Both the position numbers and the translations under genes were made by a program. This document shows, in pieces, positions 1 through 11,975 of a DNA stretch of 64,000 bases (positions are counted from its first letter, which is position 1; each line of letters opens with the position of its first letter). The DNA is from a plasmid. Location of the stretch: sequence record NZ_CP010801.1. One strand, 5' to 3'. Below the pieces are notes generated by a model. The model ran no database searches. It had not been told where the DNA came from and worked only from the letters and a program-made list of their open reading frames with translations.

Positions 1-4
1 TGGC

Positions 5-319
<315 letters not shown>

Positions 320-323
320 TCCC

Positions 324-361
324 GGGGTCGCCTCAGAAAACGGAAAATAAAGCACGCTAAG
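324..361. repeat. terminal inverted repeat (tnpA end) of the mer transposon
   Basis: GGGGTCGCCTCAGAAAACGGAAAATAAAGCACGCTAAG. The tnpA stop codon lies inside the IR, as in Tn21/Tn501. Confidence 0.85.
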
Positions 362-2848
362 CCGGTTGCAGCGGTCGTAGCGGCCTGAACTTGCCCGCGC
401 CGATCTTGGCGCTGCTGCGCCAGAGGTAATCGCCGGTGAGGTTGATGTGCTCCCAACCGAGCGGCGACAGGTACTGCAACAGCGCGTCATCAACGGCATG
501 GCCGTTGCCACGCAGCGCGTGCGCAGCCCGTTCCAGATAGACCGTGTTCCACAACACGACGGCAGCCGTTACCAGATTGAGGCCGCTAGCCCGGTAGCGC
601 TGCTGCTCGAAACTGCGGTCGCGGATTTCACCCAGGCGGTTGAAAAACACTGCCCTGGCCAGCGCATTGCGCGCCTCGCCCTTGTTCAGGCCGGCATGCA
701 CGCGGCGGCGCAGTTCCACGCTTTGCAGCCAGTCCAGGATGAACAGCGTGCGCTCGATGCGGCCCAGCTCGCGGAGCGCCACGGCCAGGCCGTTCTGGCG
801 TGGGTAGCTGCCGAGCTTTCGGAGCATCAGGGAGGCCGTCACCGTGCCCTGCTTGATCGAGGTGGCCAGCCGCAGGATTTCGTCCCAATGGGCGCGGACG
901 TGCTTGATGTTGAGCGTGCCGCCGATCATGGGTTTCAGCGCGTCATAGGCGGCGTCGCCCTTCGGGATGTAGAGCTTGGTGTCGCCCAGGTCGCGGATGC
1001 GCGGCGCGAAGCGGAAGCCCAGGAGGTGCATCAGGGCGAAGACGTGATCGGTGAAGCCCGCCGTGTCGGTGTAATGCTCCTCGATCCGCAAGTCGGACTC
1101 GTGGTACAGCAGGCCGTCGAGCACGTAGGTCGAATCGCGCACGCCGACGTTCACGACCTTGGTGTGAAATGGCGCGTACTGGTCAGAAATGTGGGTGTAG
1201 AACGTCCGCCCTGGGCTGCTCCCGTATTTCGGGTTGATGTGGCCGGTGCTCTCGGCCTTGCTGCCGGTGCGGAAGTTCTGGCCGTCCGACGATGAGGTGG
1301 TGCCGTCGCCCCAGTGCTCGGCGAAGGGATGGCGGAACTGTGCGTTGACCAGATCGGCCAGCGCCGCCCCGTAGGTTTCGTCGCGGATGTGCCAGGCTTG
1401 CAGCCAAGCCAGCTTGGCGTAGGTCGTGCCGGGGCAAGACTCCGCCATCTTGGTCAGGCCCAGGTTGATCGCGTCGGCGAGGATCGTGGTCAGCAACAGG
1501 TTCTTGTCTTTGGCCGGGTCGCCCGATTTCAGATGCGCGAAATGCCGAGTGAAGCCCGTCCATTCGTCCACCTCCAGCAGCAGTTCGGTGATCTTGACGT
1601 GCGGCAGGATCATTGCCGTCTGGTCGATCAGCGCTTGGGCGGTGTCGGGTACCGCCGCGTCGAGCGGCGTGATCTTCAAGCCTGACTCGGTGATGATGGC
1701 GTCCGGCAGCTCGTTGGCCGTCGCCATACGGTTGACGGTGGCAAGCTGTGTTTCCAGCAGCGTCAGCCGGTCGTTCAGGTACCGGTTGCAGTCGGTGGCC
1801 ACGGCCAGCGGCAATTCGCTGGCCTGCTTGAGGCTGGCGAATTTCGCGGGCGGCACCAGGTAGTCCTCGAAGTCCTTGAACTGGCGCGACCCCTGCACCC
1901 AGATGTCGCCGGAACGCAACGCGTTCTTCATCTCCGACAGCGCGCACAGTTCGTAGTAGCGCCGGTCGATGCCGGTGTCGGTCATGACCAGCTTCTGCCA
2001 GCGCGGCTTGATGAACTCGGTCGGCGCGTCGGCGGGCACCTTGCGGGCGTTGTCGCTGTTCATGCCGCGCAGCACCTCGATGGCGTCGAGCACGTCCTTC
2101 GCGGCGGGAGCGGCCCGCAGCTTGAGCACGGCAAGGAATTCCGGCGCGTAGCGGCGCAGCGTGGCGTAGCTTTCGCCGATGCGGTGCAGGAAATCGAAGT
2201 CCTCGGGCTGCGCAAGCTTCTGCGCTTCGGTGACGCTCTCGGCGAAGGCATCCCAGGACATGACGGCCTCGATGGCGGCGAACGGATCGCGGCCCGCCTG
2301 CTTGGCCTCGATCAGCGCCTGGCCGATGCGGCCGAACAGCCGCACCTTGGCGTTGATCGCCTTGCCGGACGCCTGGAATTGCTGCTGATGCTTGTTCTTG
2401 GCGGCGTTGAACAGCTTGCCCAGGATGCGGTCGTGCAGGTCGATGATTTCGTCGGTGACGGTGGCCATGCCCTCGATGGCAAGCGCCACCAGGGTGGCAT
2501 AGCGTCGCTGCGCCTCGAACTTGGCCAGGTCGGCGGGCGTCATCTGGCCACCCTCACGGGCGATCTTGAGCAGGCGGTTCTGGTGCACCGACCGCTCGAT
2601 GCCAGAAGGCAGGTCGAGCGCCTGCCACGCTTTGAGGCGTTCGATGTGTTCCAGCATGTGCCGCGAATTCGGTTTGACGGGCGATTGGCGCAGCCAGGCC
2701 AGCCAGGTCGTTTTGCCGTTGTCCCGACGCTTGAGCAGATCGTCGAGGCGGCGGCGATGCGCGTCCGACAGCGGTTCGGCCAAGGCATCGTAGATGCGCC
2801 GGTTGGCGCGGGTGATTGCTTCGGCGCTCGCCCGCTCGACGGCGTTGA
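357..2848 (-). pseudogene. tnpA: Tn21/Tn501-family transposase TnpA, C-terminal part (about 828 codons) separated from its N-terminus by IS1071
   Basis: An 808-aa ORF plus in-frame upstream codons read ...[57 protein letters not shown]..., collinear with Tn21-family TnpA. The reading frame is broken at 2848/2849 by the IS1071 IR. Confidence 0.85.
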
Positions 2849-2958
2849 GGGGTCTCCTCGTTTTCAGTGCAATAAGTGACGGTACGAAAAGCTAGCACTG
2901 GCGCGGAGGTGGTGTTGGTAGATCGTTGATTTCATTGACTTTCCTGTTCACTTTCAAA
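2849..2958. repeat. IS1071 terminal inverted repeat (left copy, about 110 bp)
   Basis: Reverse-complement match to 5943..6052 with a few mismatches. Confidence 0.7.
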
Positions 2959-2991
2959 TCTGCGATTCGTGGCGTCAAACCGTGGTCGGTT

Positions 2992-5907
2992 TCATCCATT
3001 GGTGCCAGTTATCGATGCATTTGGCCGCGAAGGCAGGATTTGGTCAGCATAGCGGTCAACCGGGAAGCGAAACACACCCCGCAAGTTGATGCTCTCCAGC
3101 CTGGTGGGCGCAATCTTCCCGATCAGTTCCGGTGGAATGACCTGGCGGCGGTTCGACCAGCGATCCAGGACCGCCTGCATCTGTGAGGTATTCCACGCCA
3201 TCACGATGTTGGCCATCAGGCTCAACGCATCGGCCACAGCCTGCATTTCATCGACACGTTTGGCCTGCGCCGGGCTGATCCGGCCGGTATAAATGGCGCG
3301 CTTGAGGGCGTTAACAGCCTCGCCCCGATTGAGCACCCGGCGCAACTCGTTCCTGAAAGCGTCCTTGACAAAGTAGTCAGCCAAAAACGCCGTACGCAGC
3401 AACCGCCCCAATTGCACGCCAGCCTCATAGATTGGATCGCCCTGGGCGGCAGAACCGAACCGCGCAAGAGCTGCCACCGCACTGGCATGTCCGCTCATGA
3501 CCGAGGCTGCCAGGTGCACCAGACTATCCCAATGCTTTTCGATCAAAGCGACGTCGACATTGGCTTCGCACACCGCAGCGATTTCTGCGGGCACTTTGGT
3601 GCCGCGTGGCACAAAGAGGTGGCGCTGTTTGAGTTCCTTCAACCGCGGGCAAAGATCAAAACCAAGCAAACGGGCATGTGACATGGCAAAGTCGGTGTAG
3701 CCATGGGTATCCACAGCAAGCTGGCTGGTCTCCAGCTTTTCTTGGCGGATGACACCTTCAATGGCCACGCCCGCCTGGCGCTCATTGAGCACAAAGGGCT
3801 GCGCATGGAAGATGCCCCACCGGTCTTTTACATGGGAGTAGATTCCAATGGAAGGTGTGTTGCGCCGAGGATCAAGCCGGGCTTGCCACACCCGTTTGGT
3901 GGTCTCCATGGTCATCATGTCAGAAGATGCCAAATCGGACCGCCCCCAGGTGGCGGCAATCGGGTGTCGCTGCATGAATTCCAGCACAGCCTGGCAGGCC
4001 TGGCTCAGACGCCGTTCGTCCCGCGCCCAGCGCATGGCCTGGCGAATGCTGGTGGCAGACAATTGCGGAATCATGCGCGCGCATTCGACCGCAGTCAGAC
4101 TGGTGCCGTGGGCCATGATGCCGGCATAGACCATCAGCAGCTCGTCGGTAGAGCGCGGCTCACGTCCGAGCATGATCCAGCTAAAGCGCACCTGGGCGTC
4201 AACGGCCAGAATCACTTCCGGCAATTGAACCTCACCGATGCGGTGATCCAAAGCCGCGCGCAGCTTGGTCACTTCTGGGTCTTCGTCCTCTGCGGGCAAT
4301 GGCGACAAATGGAGTTCATCATCCACGCGCAGTACGCCACTGCGGGCTGCAGCGGCCACCGCATCGACACCGGCAGTTACTCTGGCCAGCAAAGGCTTCA
4401 AGAAAGTGGCAGCCTTGCTGGGTAACGATAGACGGGCATAGTGTTTCTTGGACTCTGCCTGCCAACGCTCGTCCGTGAAGAACAAGCGCGCACGACCCCG
4501 AAAGCTCAGGCTGTGCTCAATCCAGACCGAGCCATTGCGCACCGCGCGGCGCAGGGCAAACAGGGTGGCCACCTCCAACGCCTGAAACGCCCGTTCCCGG
4601 TCTGGGCTGGAGATCGAAACCTGCCAGATCATTCCCAGACTTGGTGCCACCACTTCAACTGGCAGCTTTCTGGATCCTTTGAGATATAAAGCTTGCAGCT
4701 TGGCAAGGTACTCGATGGCAGGATGCTCGCCGGTGGCCTGCCAGGGCAGCTTTGCAATGGCGACGAGCAACGACCGCACGGGGCGAATTCCATCAATCAA
4801 TCCCTCGCGGACCAGGGAGGCCCTGCTCGGTGGTTTGCGTTTCTGGGTTTCGGTGATCAAGGCTTCAAGACGGGCACGCAACTCAGCATCTGGCACCGCA
4901 CCTTGCGCGCTCAAGGCAACAAGTTCGCCGAGCAGCGTTTTGTACATTGCGGCCCAATTGACGGTAGCGGGGACATCGGCGGCAGCCTGACGCCACAGAT
5001 CGGCGATCCGGCGCTGCACCATAAGGATCAACTGGTCTGTGGTGGTGAACAGGCAATACCGAAGAAAGCATGCGACCTCCACGGTGCGCGCTGGCTCTTT
5101 GATCTTGGCTCCGGCTGAGGGCGGCCTGGAGACAAGTCGGCGCGCGTAGCGGCGCAAGATGAGATCGGGGATGTCTGCCAGGTGCTTATGAACGTCCAGC
5201 GTGTAAAGCAGGTCGATGCGCTCCAGTACCTCGCTGATTTGGCGGGTTGAGTGTTTCGCCGGTGCAGCCCATAGCCAACTCTGCTGGGTTTGTCCATCTG
5301 GGCGCGGCTCTGAAACTGAGGCTCGCCAGCGATCAAGTGTTGCTGGATCAACGCTGGCGGCGATGGCGGTGCCTGTTTCAACTTCAAGCTGGGCAAGTGC
5401 CGCCGCAATCAGTGTCCGAATTGCCCGCTCGTGCACGATCACCAGCTTGTTCTTGTACAGCCATTGACGCGCCCGCACGAGTAGCTGATCGCGGTCGGCG
5501 CAGCGCGCCACTTCGTCGCGCAGTTCACGTACCAGTGAGCGGCGCTGGTGCTCGCTCATCCACTGGAATCCAAGGACCGTGCAGGCTACTTGTTGGTGAT
5601 CGAATAGCGTGCGCCCGCGTTCATACATGGCTCTCAGCGAGGCGACTTCTGGTGCTGCAATGCCAAGCTCGTTGCCAAGGTGGCGCCACAAGGCTACTGG
5701 AATTACCCGAAAGGCACCGAGCAAACGCCCACTCATGCGCAGGAAACCAATATGGAGCGCCAGACCAAGCTTGTGGGAATCACCTCGGCGTGCATTGATT
5801 GCGTCGCGCTCGGCACCATCGAAGGTGAAAAATGCCTTCATCTCGAAGTCGCTGATATCGCGGGGGAGCCCACGCATCCCCAAAAACGTTGTGTGCCAAC
5901 CCTGCAT
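2992..5907 (-). CDS. tnpA: IS1071 transposase (Tn3 family, DDE)
   Basis: Starting at the ATG (MQGWHTTFLGMRGLP...), the product is 970 aa, the length reported for IS1071 TnpA. It has Tn3-family conservation throughout. Confidence 0.9.
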   Translation of the reverse strand: MQGWHTTFLGMRGLPRDISDFEMKAFFTFDGAERDAINARRGDSHKLGLALHIGFLRMSGRLLGAFRVIPVALWRHLGNELGIAAPEVASLRAMYERGRTLFDHQQVACTVLGFQWMSEHQRRSLVRELRDEVARCADRDQLLVRARQWLYKNKLVIVHERAIRTLIAAALAQLEVETGTAIAASVDPATLDRWRASVSEPRPDGQTQQSWLWAAPAKHSTRQISEVLERIDLLYTLDVHKHLADIPDLILRRYARRLVSRPPSAGAKIKEPARTVEVACFLRYCLFTTTDQLILMVQRRIADLWRQAAADVPATVNWAAMYKTLLGELVALSAQGAVPDAELRARLEALITETQKRKPPSRASLVREGLIDGIRPVRSLLVAIAKLPWQATGEHPAIEYLAKLQALYLKGSRKLPVEVVAPSLGMIWQVSISSPDRERAFQALEVATLFALRRAVRNGSVWIEHSLSFRGRARLFFTDERWQAESKKHYARLSLPSKAATFLKPLLARVTAGVDAVAAAARSGVLRVDDELHLSPLPAEDEDPEVTKLRAALDHRIGEVQLPEVILAVDAQVRFSWIMLGREPRSTDELLMVYAGIMAHGTSLTAVECARMIPQLSATSIRQAMRWARDERRLSQACQAVLEFMQRHPIAATWGRSDLASSDMMTMETTKRVWQARLDPRRNTPSIGIYSHVKDRWGIFHAQPFVLNERQAGVAIEGVIRQEKLETSQLAVDTHGYTDFAMSHARLLGFDLCPRLKELKQRHLFVPRGTKVPAEIAAVCEANVDVALIEKHWDSLVHLAASVMSGHASAVAALARFGSAAQGDPIYEAGVQLGRLLRTAFLADYFVKDAFRNELRRVLNRGEAVNALKRAIYTGRISPAQAKRVDEMQAVADALSLMANIVMAWNTSQMQAVLDRWSNRRQVIPPELIGKIAPTRLESINLRGVFRFPVDRYADQILPSRPNASITGTNG

Positions 5908-5942
5908 CGTGAACCTCAAAAGTGGGAGGCCACCATACCCGT

Positions 5943-6052
5943 TTACAAAGCGAACAGGAAAGTCAATGAAATCAACGGTCTACCCAGACCACCCCCGCGC
6001 CAGTGCTAGCTTTGCGTACCGTCACTTATTGCACTGAAAACGAGGAGACCCC
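5943..6052. repeat. IS1071 terminal inverted repeat (right copy)
   Basis: Reverse complement of 2849..2958. Confidence 0.7.
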
Positions 6053-6532
6053 GTTGAGGGCAGGCAGAATGACCGACTGCTGCCGCAGGTGCTCGATCAA
6101 GGTGCTGGCCAGCACGATGCCCTTGTCGGTCTGCAAGGCCATCTCGGTCAGCAACTGGACGGCCTGCCGGTAGTGGCCCATGGTAAAGGGCTGGAAGCCG
6201 AACACCGTTTGCAGTTCGACCAGGTGCTCGCGCCGGGTCTGCTCCCGCTGCCCGTATTCGTCCCAGCTTTCGACGCTGACCTTGAGCTGGTCGGCGACCA
6301 GTTTCAACAAGGGCGGAAACGGCGGCTCATCGACGCCCAGGATGACACCAGGAAAGCGCAGGTAACAGAGCTGCACGGCGAAGCCCAGCCGGTTGGCCGG
6401 GCCGCGCCGCTGCCGGATGATGGAGAGGTCGGTTTCGCTGAACGTGTAGTGACGGATCAACTCATCCTTGGTGTCCGGCAACGCCAGCAGGCTTTCGCGC
6501 TCGGCGGCGGACAGGATTGAACGACGTGGCAT
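6053..6532 (-). pseudogene. tnpA: Tn21/Tn501-family TnpA N-terminal fragment (first about 160 codons), truncated by IS1071
   Basis: MPRRSILSAAERESLLALPDTKDELIRHYTFSETDLSIIRQRRGPANRLGF... is the canonical Tn21 TnpA N-terminus. The frame runs into the IS1071 IR after ...ILPALN. Confidence 0.85.
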
Positions 6533-6534
6533 AT

Positions 6535-7095
6535 TTACTGATCCGTTCTCAAGTATTGATACAGGGTTTCGCGACTGATTCCGAATTCACGAGCCAGCTT
6601 GGTCTTTTGCTCGCCAGCCTCGACACGTTGGCGCAGTTCGGCAATACGCTCAGACGACAGGGATTTCTTCCTGCCACGGTAGGCCCCGCGCTGCTTGGCG
6701 AGCGCGATGCCCTCGCGCTGCCGCTCGCGGATCAAGGCGCGTTCGAACTCGGCGAACGCGCCCATTACCGACAGCATCAGGTTCGCCATCGGCGAGTCCT
6801 CGCCGGTGAAGGTCAAATGCTCCTTAAGGAACTCGATGCGTACGCCGCGCTGGGTGAGGCCCTGCACCAGGCGGCGCAGGTCGTCGAGGTTGCGCGCCAG
6901 ACGATCCATGCTGTGCACCACGACCGTGTCGCCTTCGCGCACGAAGGCGAGCAGCCGTTCCAGTTCGGGCCGCCGTGTGTCCTTGCCCGACGCCTTGTCG
7001 GTGAACACTTTATCCACCTGGATCTGTTCGAGCTGCCGTTCTGGGTTCTGGTCGAAGCTGCTGACGCGGACGTAACCGATGCGCTGACCGTGCAA
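6535..7095 (-). CDS. tnpR: serine resolvase TnpR (Tn21/Tn501 type)
   Basis: 186 aa, MHGQRIGYVRVSSFDQNPERQ... with the catalytic Ser motif and a C-terminal HTH. Confidence 0.9.
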   Translation of the reverse strand: MHGQRIGYVRVSSFDQNPERQLEQIQVDKVFTDKASGKDTRRPELERLLAFVREGDTVVVHSMDRLARNLDDLRRLVQGLTQRGVRIEFLKEHLTFTGEDSPMANLMLSVMGAFAEFERALIRERQREGIALAKQRGAYRGRKKSLSSERIAELRQRVEAGEQKTKLAREFGISRETLYQYLRTDQ

Positions 7096-7225
7096 GGTAT
7101 CCTCCTGAGGGAAATGTGTCAGGAAGAAATCTATGACCCTTGACGGCGTATGTCAATCAATTCGGAAGGCAACTCTATTCTGACGATTTAGCGCCGGATG
7201 GTCTGACGCCAAGTTAGGGTATGCC
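7096..7225. promoter_or_regulatory. putative res (resolution) site and tnpR promoter region
   Basis: Non-coding interval between tnpR and urf2, where res lies in Tn501/Tn21. Resolvase half-sites were not mapped individually. Confidence 0.5.
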
Positions 7226-8215
7226 TCAATCTGACGGTAGCGAGTCGCAGGCGTTCGGATCGGCATCGGTTTCGTTCCCTGTCTTGGCACGCGCTTCGAA
7301 GCGTTGATAACACTCCAACCCGCAGAAGTGCTCGACGTATTCCGCGCCTTCCGGGGTGAAGGCGGCATCGAGCGGGATTTCCTTGCAGCACACGCAGCAA
7401 CTGGTGGTGGTCGAGTCACTTGCATTCATGGTGGCACCCCTCCATTGACTGACGAAGACGGCGAATGCCGCCGCCGGCATTGGCTTCGCGAACAGGAAGC
7501 CTTGTCCTGTGTCGCAGTCCGCTTGTCGCAATAGATCAAGACTCGCCGATGTTTCCACGCCTTCAGCCACCACATCCATGCCCAGCCCGTGCGCAAGCTG
7601 AATCACGGTGTGCACGATGGTTTGGTCGCGGCGGTCGTTGGCGAGCCCGGCGACAAACGATTGGTCGATCTTGAGCGTGCTGATTGGGCAGCACTTCAGA
7701 TGTTGCAGACAGGAATACCCCGTCCCGAAGTCATCGGCGGCGAAGCGCACACCGATCTGCCGCGAGGCGTCCAGGGCGGGGAAGATCGCCGGATCACCAA
7801 ACGCGACCGATTCGGTCAGCTCGATTTCGAGATACTCGGCGGGCAACTCGGCATCAGCCAGCACGCCCTTTACCCACCCGTCGAAGTCCGGTCCCACTTG
7901 GCTCGCCGAAACATTGACGGCCAGCCGGAACGGTCGCCATGCCAGCATTCGCCAGTCACGCATCTGGCGGCAGGCTTCGCCCAGCACCCAAGCGCCGATT
8001 TCAGGCATCAGGCCGGACGATTCGACCACGGGCAGGAACTGGCCCGGTGGCAATAGTCCAAGCGTCGGATGACGCCAGCGCAACAGGGCTTCCGCGCCGA
8101 CAATCCCACCACTGCGCAGATCGACGACGGGCTGGTAGTGCAGTTCAAGCTGCCCGCGCTCGACCGCTTGGGCCAGTTCCGGCGTCGTCCATCCATCCGG
8201 CCGGAAAGCGCTCAT
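7226..8215 (-). CDS. urf2: EAL-domain protein Urf2 of Tn501-type mer transposons
   Basis: Starts at the internal ATG ([47 protein letters not shown]...) and is 329 aa, as in Tn501 urf2. An EAL domain is present. The start overlaps the merE stop (ATGA). Confidence 0.8.
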   Translation of the reverse strand: MSAFRPDGWTTPELAQAVERGQLELHYQPVVDLRSGGIVGAEALLRWRHPTLGLLPPGQFLPVVESSGLMPEIGAWVLGEACRQMRDWRMLAWRPFRLAVNVSASQVGPDFDGWVKGVLADAELPAEYLEIELTESVAFGDPAIFPALDASRQIGVRFAADDFGTGYSCLQHLKCCPISTLKIDQSFVAGLANDRRDQTIVHTVIQLAHGLGMDVVAEGVETSASLDLLRQADCDTGQGFLFAKPMPAAAFAVFVSQWRGATMNASDSTTTSCCVCCKEIPLDAAFTPEGAEYVEHFCGLECYQRFEARAKTGNETDADPNACDSLPSD

Positions 8216-8448
8216 TCTCTTTCCCTGAATGCCCGCAACGCCCGCGACAGGGACAGAAGGAACAGGCCGGTCAAACCGAGCGCCGCGATGACCCAATGCT
8301 CGCCGAGGAAAGCACCGGCGGTTGTGCCGGCCAGCACGACAGCGAGGATGGGCAGGTGGCAGGGGCAAGTCAGCACAGCCAGTCCGCCCCACAGGTAGCC
8401 GGTGATCGGTTTGTGCGTCTCGGACGGCAAGCGCTCGGGGTTGTTCAT
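8212..8448 (-). CDS. merE: mercury transport protein MerE
   Basis: 78 aa, [41 protein letters not shown]... Confidence 0.85.
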   Translation of the reverse strand: MNNPERLPSETHKPITGYLWGGLAVLTCPCHLPILAVVLAGTTAGAFLGEHWVIAALGLTGLFLLSLSRALRAFRERE

Positions 8449-8810
8449 GGCAGACTCTCCGCGTGCTGTGCCGGCTCGGTCGGCAGGGTGGCCAACTGCA
8501 CTTCCAGATCGGCCAACGCTTCGCGCCGACGCTCGACGAACTGACGCAGCAGGGCAAGCTGCGCGGCCGCTTCGTCGCCGTCCGCCGCATCCAGCGCCCG
8601 GCACAGCCGCGCCAGCGCGTCGAGGCCGATGCCCGCCTCGAAGGCCGCCCGCACGAAGCACAGCCGTTGCAAGGCGGCGTCATCGAACAAGCCGTAGCCG
8701 CCTGGTGTGCACGCCACCGGGCGCAGCAATCCGCGCAGCAGGTAGTCGCGCACGATATGCACGCTCACCCCGGCATCAAGAGCCAGCCGGGACACCGTGT
8801 AGGCGTTCAT
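8445..8810 (-). CDS. merD: mer operon co-regulator MerD
   Basis: 121 aa, [32 protein letters not shown]..., with a MerR-like HTH. Confidence 0.85.
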   Translation of the reverse strand: MNAYTVSRLALDAGVSVHIVRDYLLRGLLRPVACTPGGYGLFDDAALQRLCFVRAAFEAGIGLDALARLCRALDAADGDEAAAQLALLRQFVERRREALADLEVQLATLPTEPAQHAESLP

Positions 8811-8827
8811 TGAACACCTCCTTTTTC

Positions 8828-10525
<1,698 letters not shown>

Positions 10526-10584
10526 TTATCGTTTGTGGCGCCAGACAATGACGTCCGTTGTGCTGCGGTGCCGTTTTCAGTGAC

Positions 10585-10860
10585 TCACTGCTTGACGCTG
10601 GACGGATAGCCCGCGTCTGCGGTTGCCTTGGTCAGCTTCTGCACGCTGGTCTTGGCATCGTCGAAGGTGACGACCGCTTGGCGTGTCTCGAAAGTCACGT
10701 CAACTTTGCTGACGCCTTCGACCTTGGAAATCGCCTTCTTGACAGTGATCGGGCAGGCGGAGCAGGTCATGCCCGGTACGGACAGCGTGACGGTCTGGGT
10801 GGCGGCCCAGACGGGGGCAACAACGGCGGCGAGGGCGAGGGAGGCAAACAGTTTCTTCAT
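10585..10860 (-). CDS. merP: periplasmic mercury-binding protein MerP
   Basis: 91 aa with a signal peptide plus the GMTCSAC metal-binding motif. Confidence 0.9.
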   Translation of the reverse strand: MKKLFASLALAAVVAPVWAATQTVTLSVPGMTCSACPITVKKAISKVEGVSKVDVTFETRQAVVTFDDAKTSVQKLTKATADAGYPSSVKQ

Positions 10861-10872
10861 GGTGAACTCCGA

Positions 10873-11223
10873 TCAGTAGAAAAATGGCATGACGTAGGGA
10901 AATCCGAGCGCGACCAGAACCAGCGCGGCCACGATCCAGAAAATGAGCTTGTAAGTAGCTCGCACTTGGGGAATCGCGCAGACCTCACCCGGTTTGCAGG
11001 CCGCTGCCTGCCGGTAGATGCGCCGCCAGGCGAAGAACAACGCCACCAGCGCCACGCCGATAAAGATGGGGCGATAGGGTTCCAACACCGCCAAGTTGCC
11101 GATCCAAGCGCCGCTGAACCCCAAGGCGATCAGAACCAACGGCCCGAGGCAGCAAGCCGAGGCGAGGATGGCGGCAAGCCCTCCAGTGAAGAGCGCGCCG
11201 CGCCCGGTTTTTGGTTCAGACAT
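10873..11223 (-). CDS. merT: mercuric ion transport protein MerT
   Basis: 116 aa from the internal ATG ([31 protein letters not shown]...). Confidence 0.9.
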
Positions 11224-11294
11224 GCGCTTGTCCTTTCGAATTGAAATTGGATAGCGTAACCTTACTTCCGTACTCATGTACGGAGTCAAGCGAT
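11224..11294. promoter_or_regulatory. divergent merR/merT operator-promoter (merOP) with MerR dyad TCCGTAC-N4-GTACGGA (11267..11284)
   Basis: On the merT strand the region reads TTGACT (complement of 11284..11289), a 19-bp spacer containing the dyad, then TAAGGT (complement of 11259..11264). This is the classical over-long-spacer PmerT. Confidence 0.85.
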
Positions 11295-11729
11295 ATGGAA
11301 AACAATTTGGAGAACCTGACCATTGGCGTTTTCGCCAAGGCGGCCGGGGTCAATGTGGAGACCATCCGTTTCTATCAGCGCAAGGGCTTGTTGCTGGAGC
11401 CTGACAAGCCCTATGGCAGCATCCGCCGCTATGGCGAGGCGGATGTAACGCGGGTGCGCTTCGTGAAATCAGCCCAGCGGCTGGGCTTCAGCCTGGATGA
11501 GATCGCCGAGCTGCTGCGGCTGGAGGATGGCACCCATTGCGAGGAAGCCAGCAGTCTGGCCGAGCACAAGCTCAAGGACGTGCGCGAGAAAATGGCTGAC
11601 CTGGCGCGCATGGAGGCCGTGCTGTCTGAGTTGGTGTGCGCCTGCCATGCGCGAAGGGGGAACGTTTCCTGCCCGCTGATCGCGTCACTACAGGGTGGAG
11701 CAAGCTTGGCAGGTTCGGCTATGCCTTAG
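11295..11729 (+). CDS. merR: Hg(II)-responsive transcriptional regulator MerR
   Basis: 144 aa, [33 protein letters not shown]... with Hg-binding Cys residues near the C-terminus. Confidence 0.9.
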
Positions 11730-11762
11730 CGTGCTTTATTTTCCGTTTTCTGAGACGACCCC
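11725..11762. repeat. terminal inverted repeat (mer end) of the mer transposon
   Basis: The reverse complement is GGGGTCGTCTCAGAAAACGGAAAATAAAGCACGCTAAG. It overlaps the merR stop codon. Confidence 0.85.
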
Positions 11763-11921
11763 TTTAAGGTTGAGGCAGCCGGAGTGGCCAAGATCGGCGA
11801 AGGTTGGGTGGGGCCGAATGCGCACAGCTTGGCGATCGATCCCGCCACGCATGAGATTTATCTTCCCCTGCCGGACATCGACCATCATCCGGTGATGCGT
11901 GTCTTGAAGCCCGACACCTGA
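11763..11921 (+). pseudogene. 3' fragment of a gene truncated by the transposon end (no start codon)
   Basis: The open frame directly abuts the IR and reads FKVEAAGVAKIGEGWVGPNAHSLAIDPATHEIYLPLPDIDHHPVMRVLKPDT*. It looks protein-like, but its identity is not established. Confidence 0.3.
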
Positions 11922-11975
11922 CGCACGCCGAACGCGCGACAATAGTCGAGCCCGCGCTCAACCACGATTGTCGAC

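Larger units (their letters stand above)
2849..6052. mobile_element. IS1071 (Tn3-family insertion sequence), 3204 bp, flanked by 5-bp direct repeat GTTGA (2844..2848 and 6053..6057)
   Basis: Ends begin with GGGGTCTCCTCGTTTTCAGTGCAATAAGTGACGGTACG and form an imperfect inverted repeat of about 110 bp. There is a single 970-aa Tn3-family transposase gene. The 3204-bp length matches IS1071. Boundaries were anchored by ORF-track coordinates. Confidence 0.85.

Noticed and set aside
447-1295. 282-aa plus-strand ORF, and other plus-strand ORFs between 123 and 2879, overlapping the mer-transposon tnpA
   Set aside because: Antisense to a well-supported transposase gene. The products are Arg/Ala/Gly-rich with no recognisable motifs, typical of spurious ORFs in GC-rich DNA.
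3703-5798. Several 100-240-aa plus-strand ORFs inside IS1071
   Set aside because: Antisense to the 970-aa IS1071 transposase, with low-complexity translations.
7096-8215. Searched for a class 1 integron (intI1, attI, gene cassettes) between res and the mer genes, as in Tn21
   Set aside because: Only the 329-aa urf2 is present, uninterrupted, so the transposon is Tn501-type, not Tn21-type.
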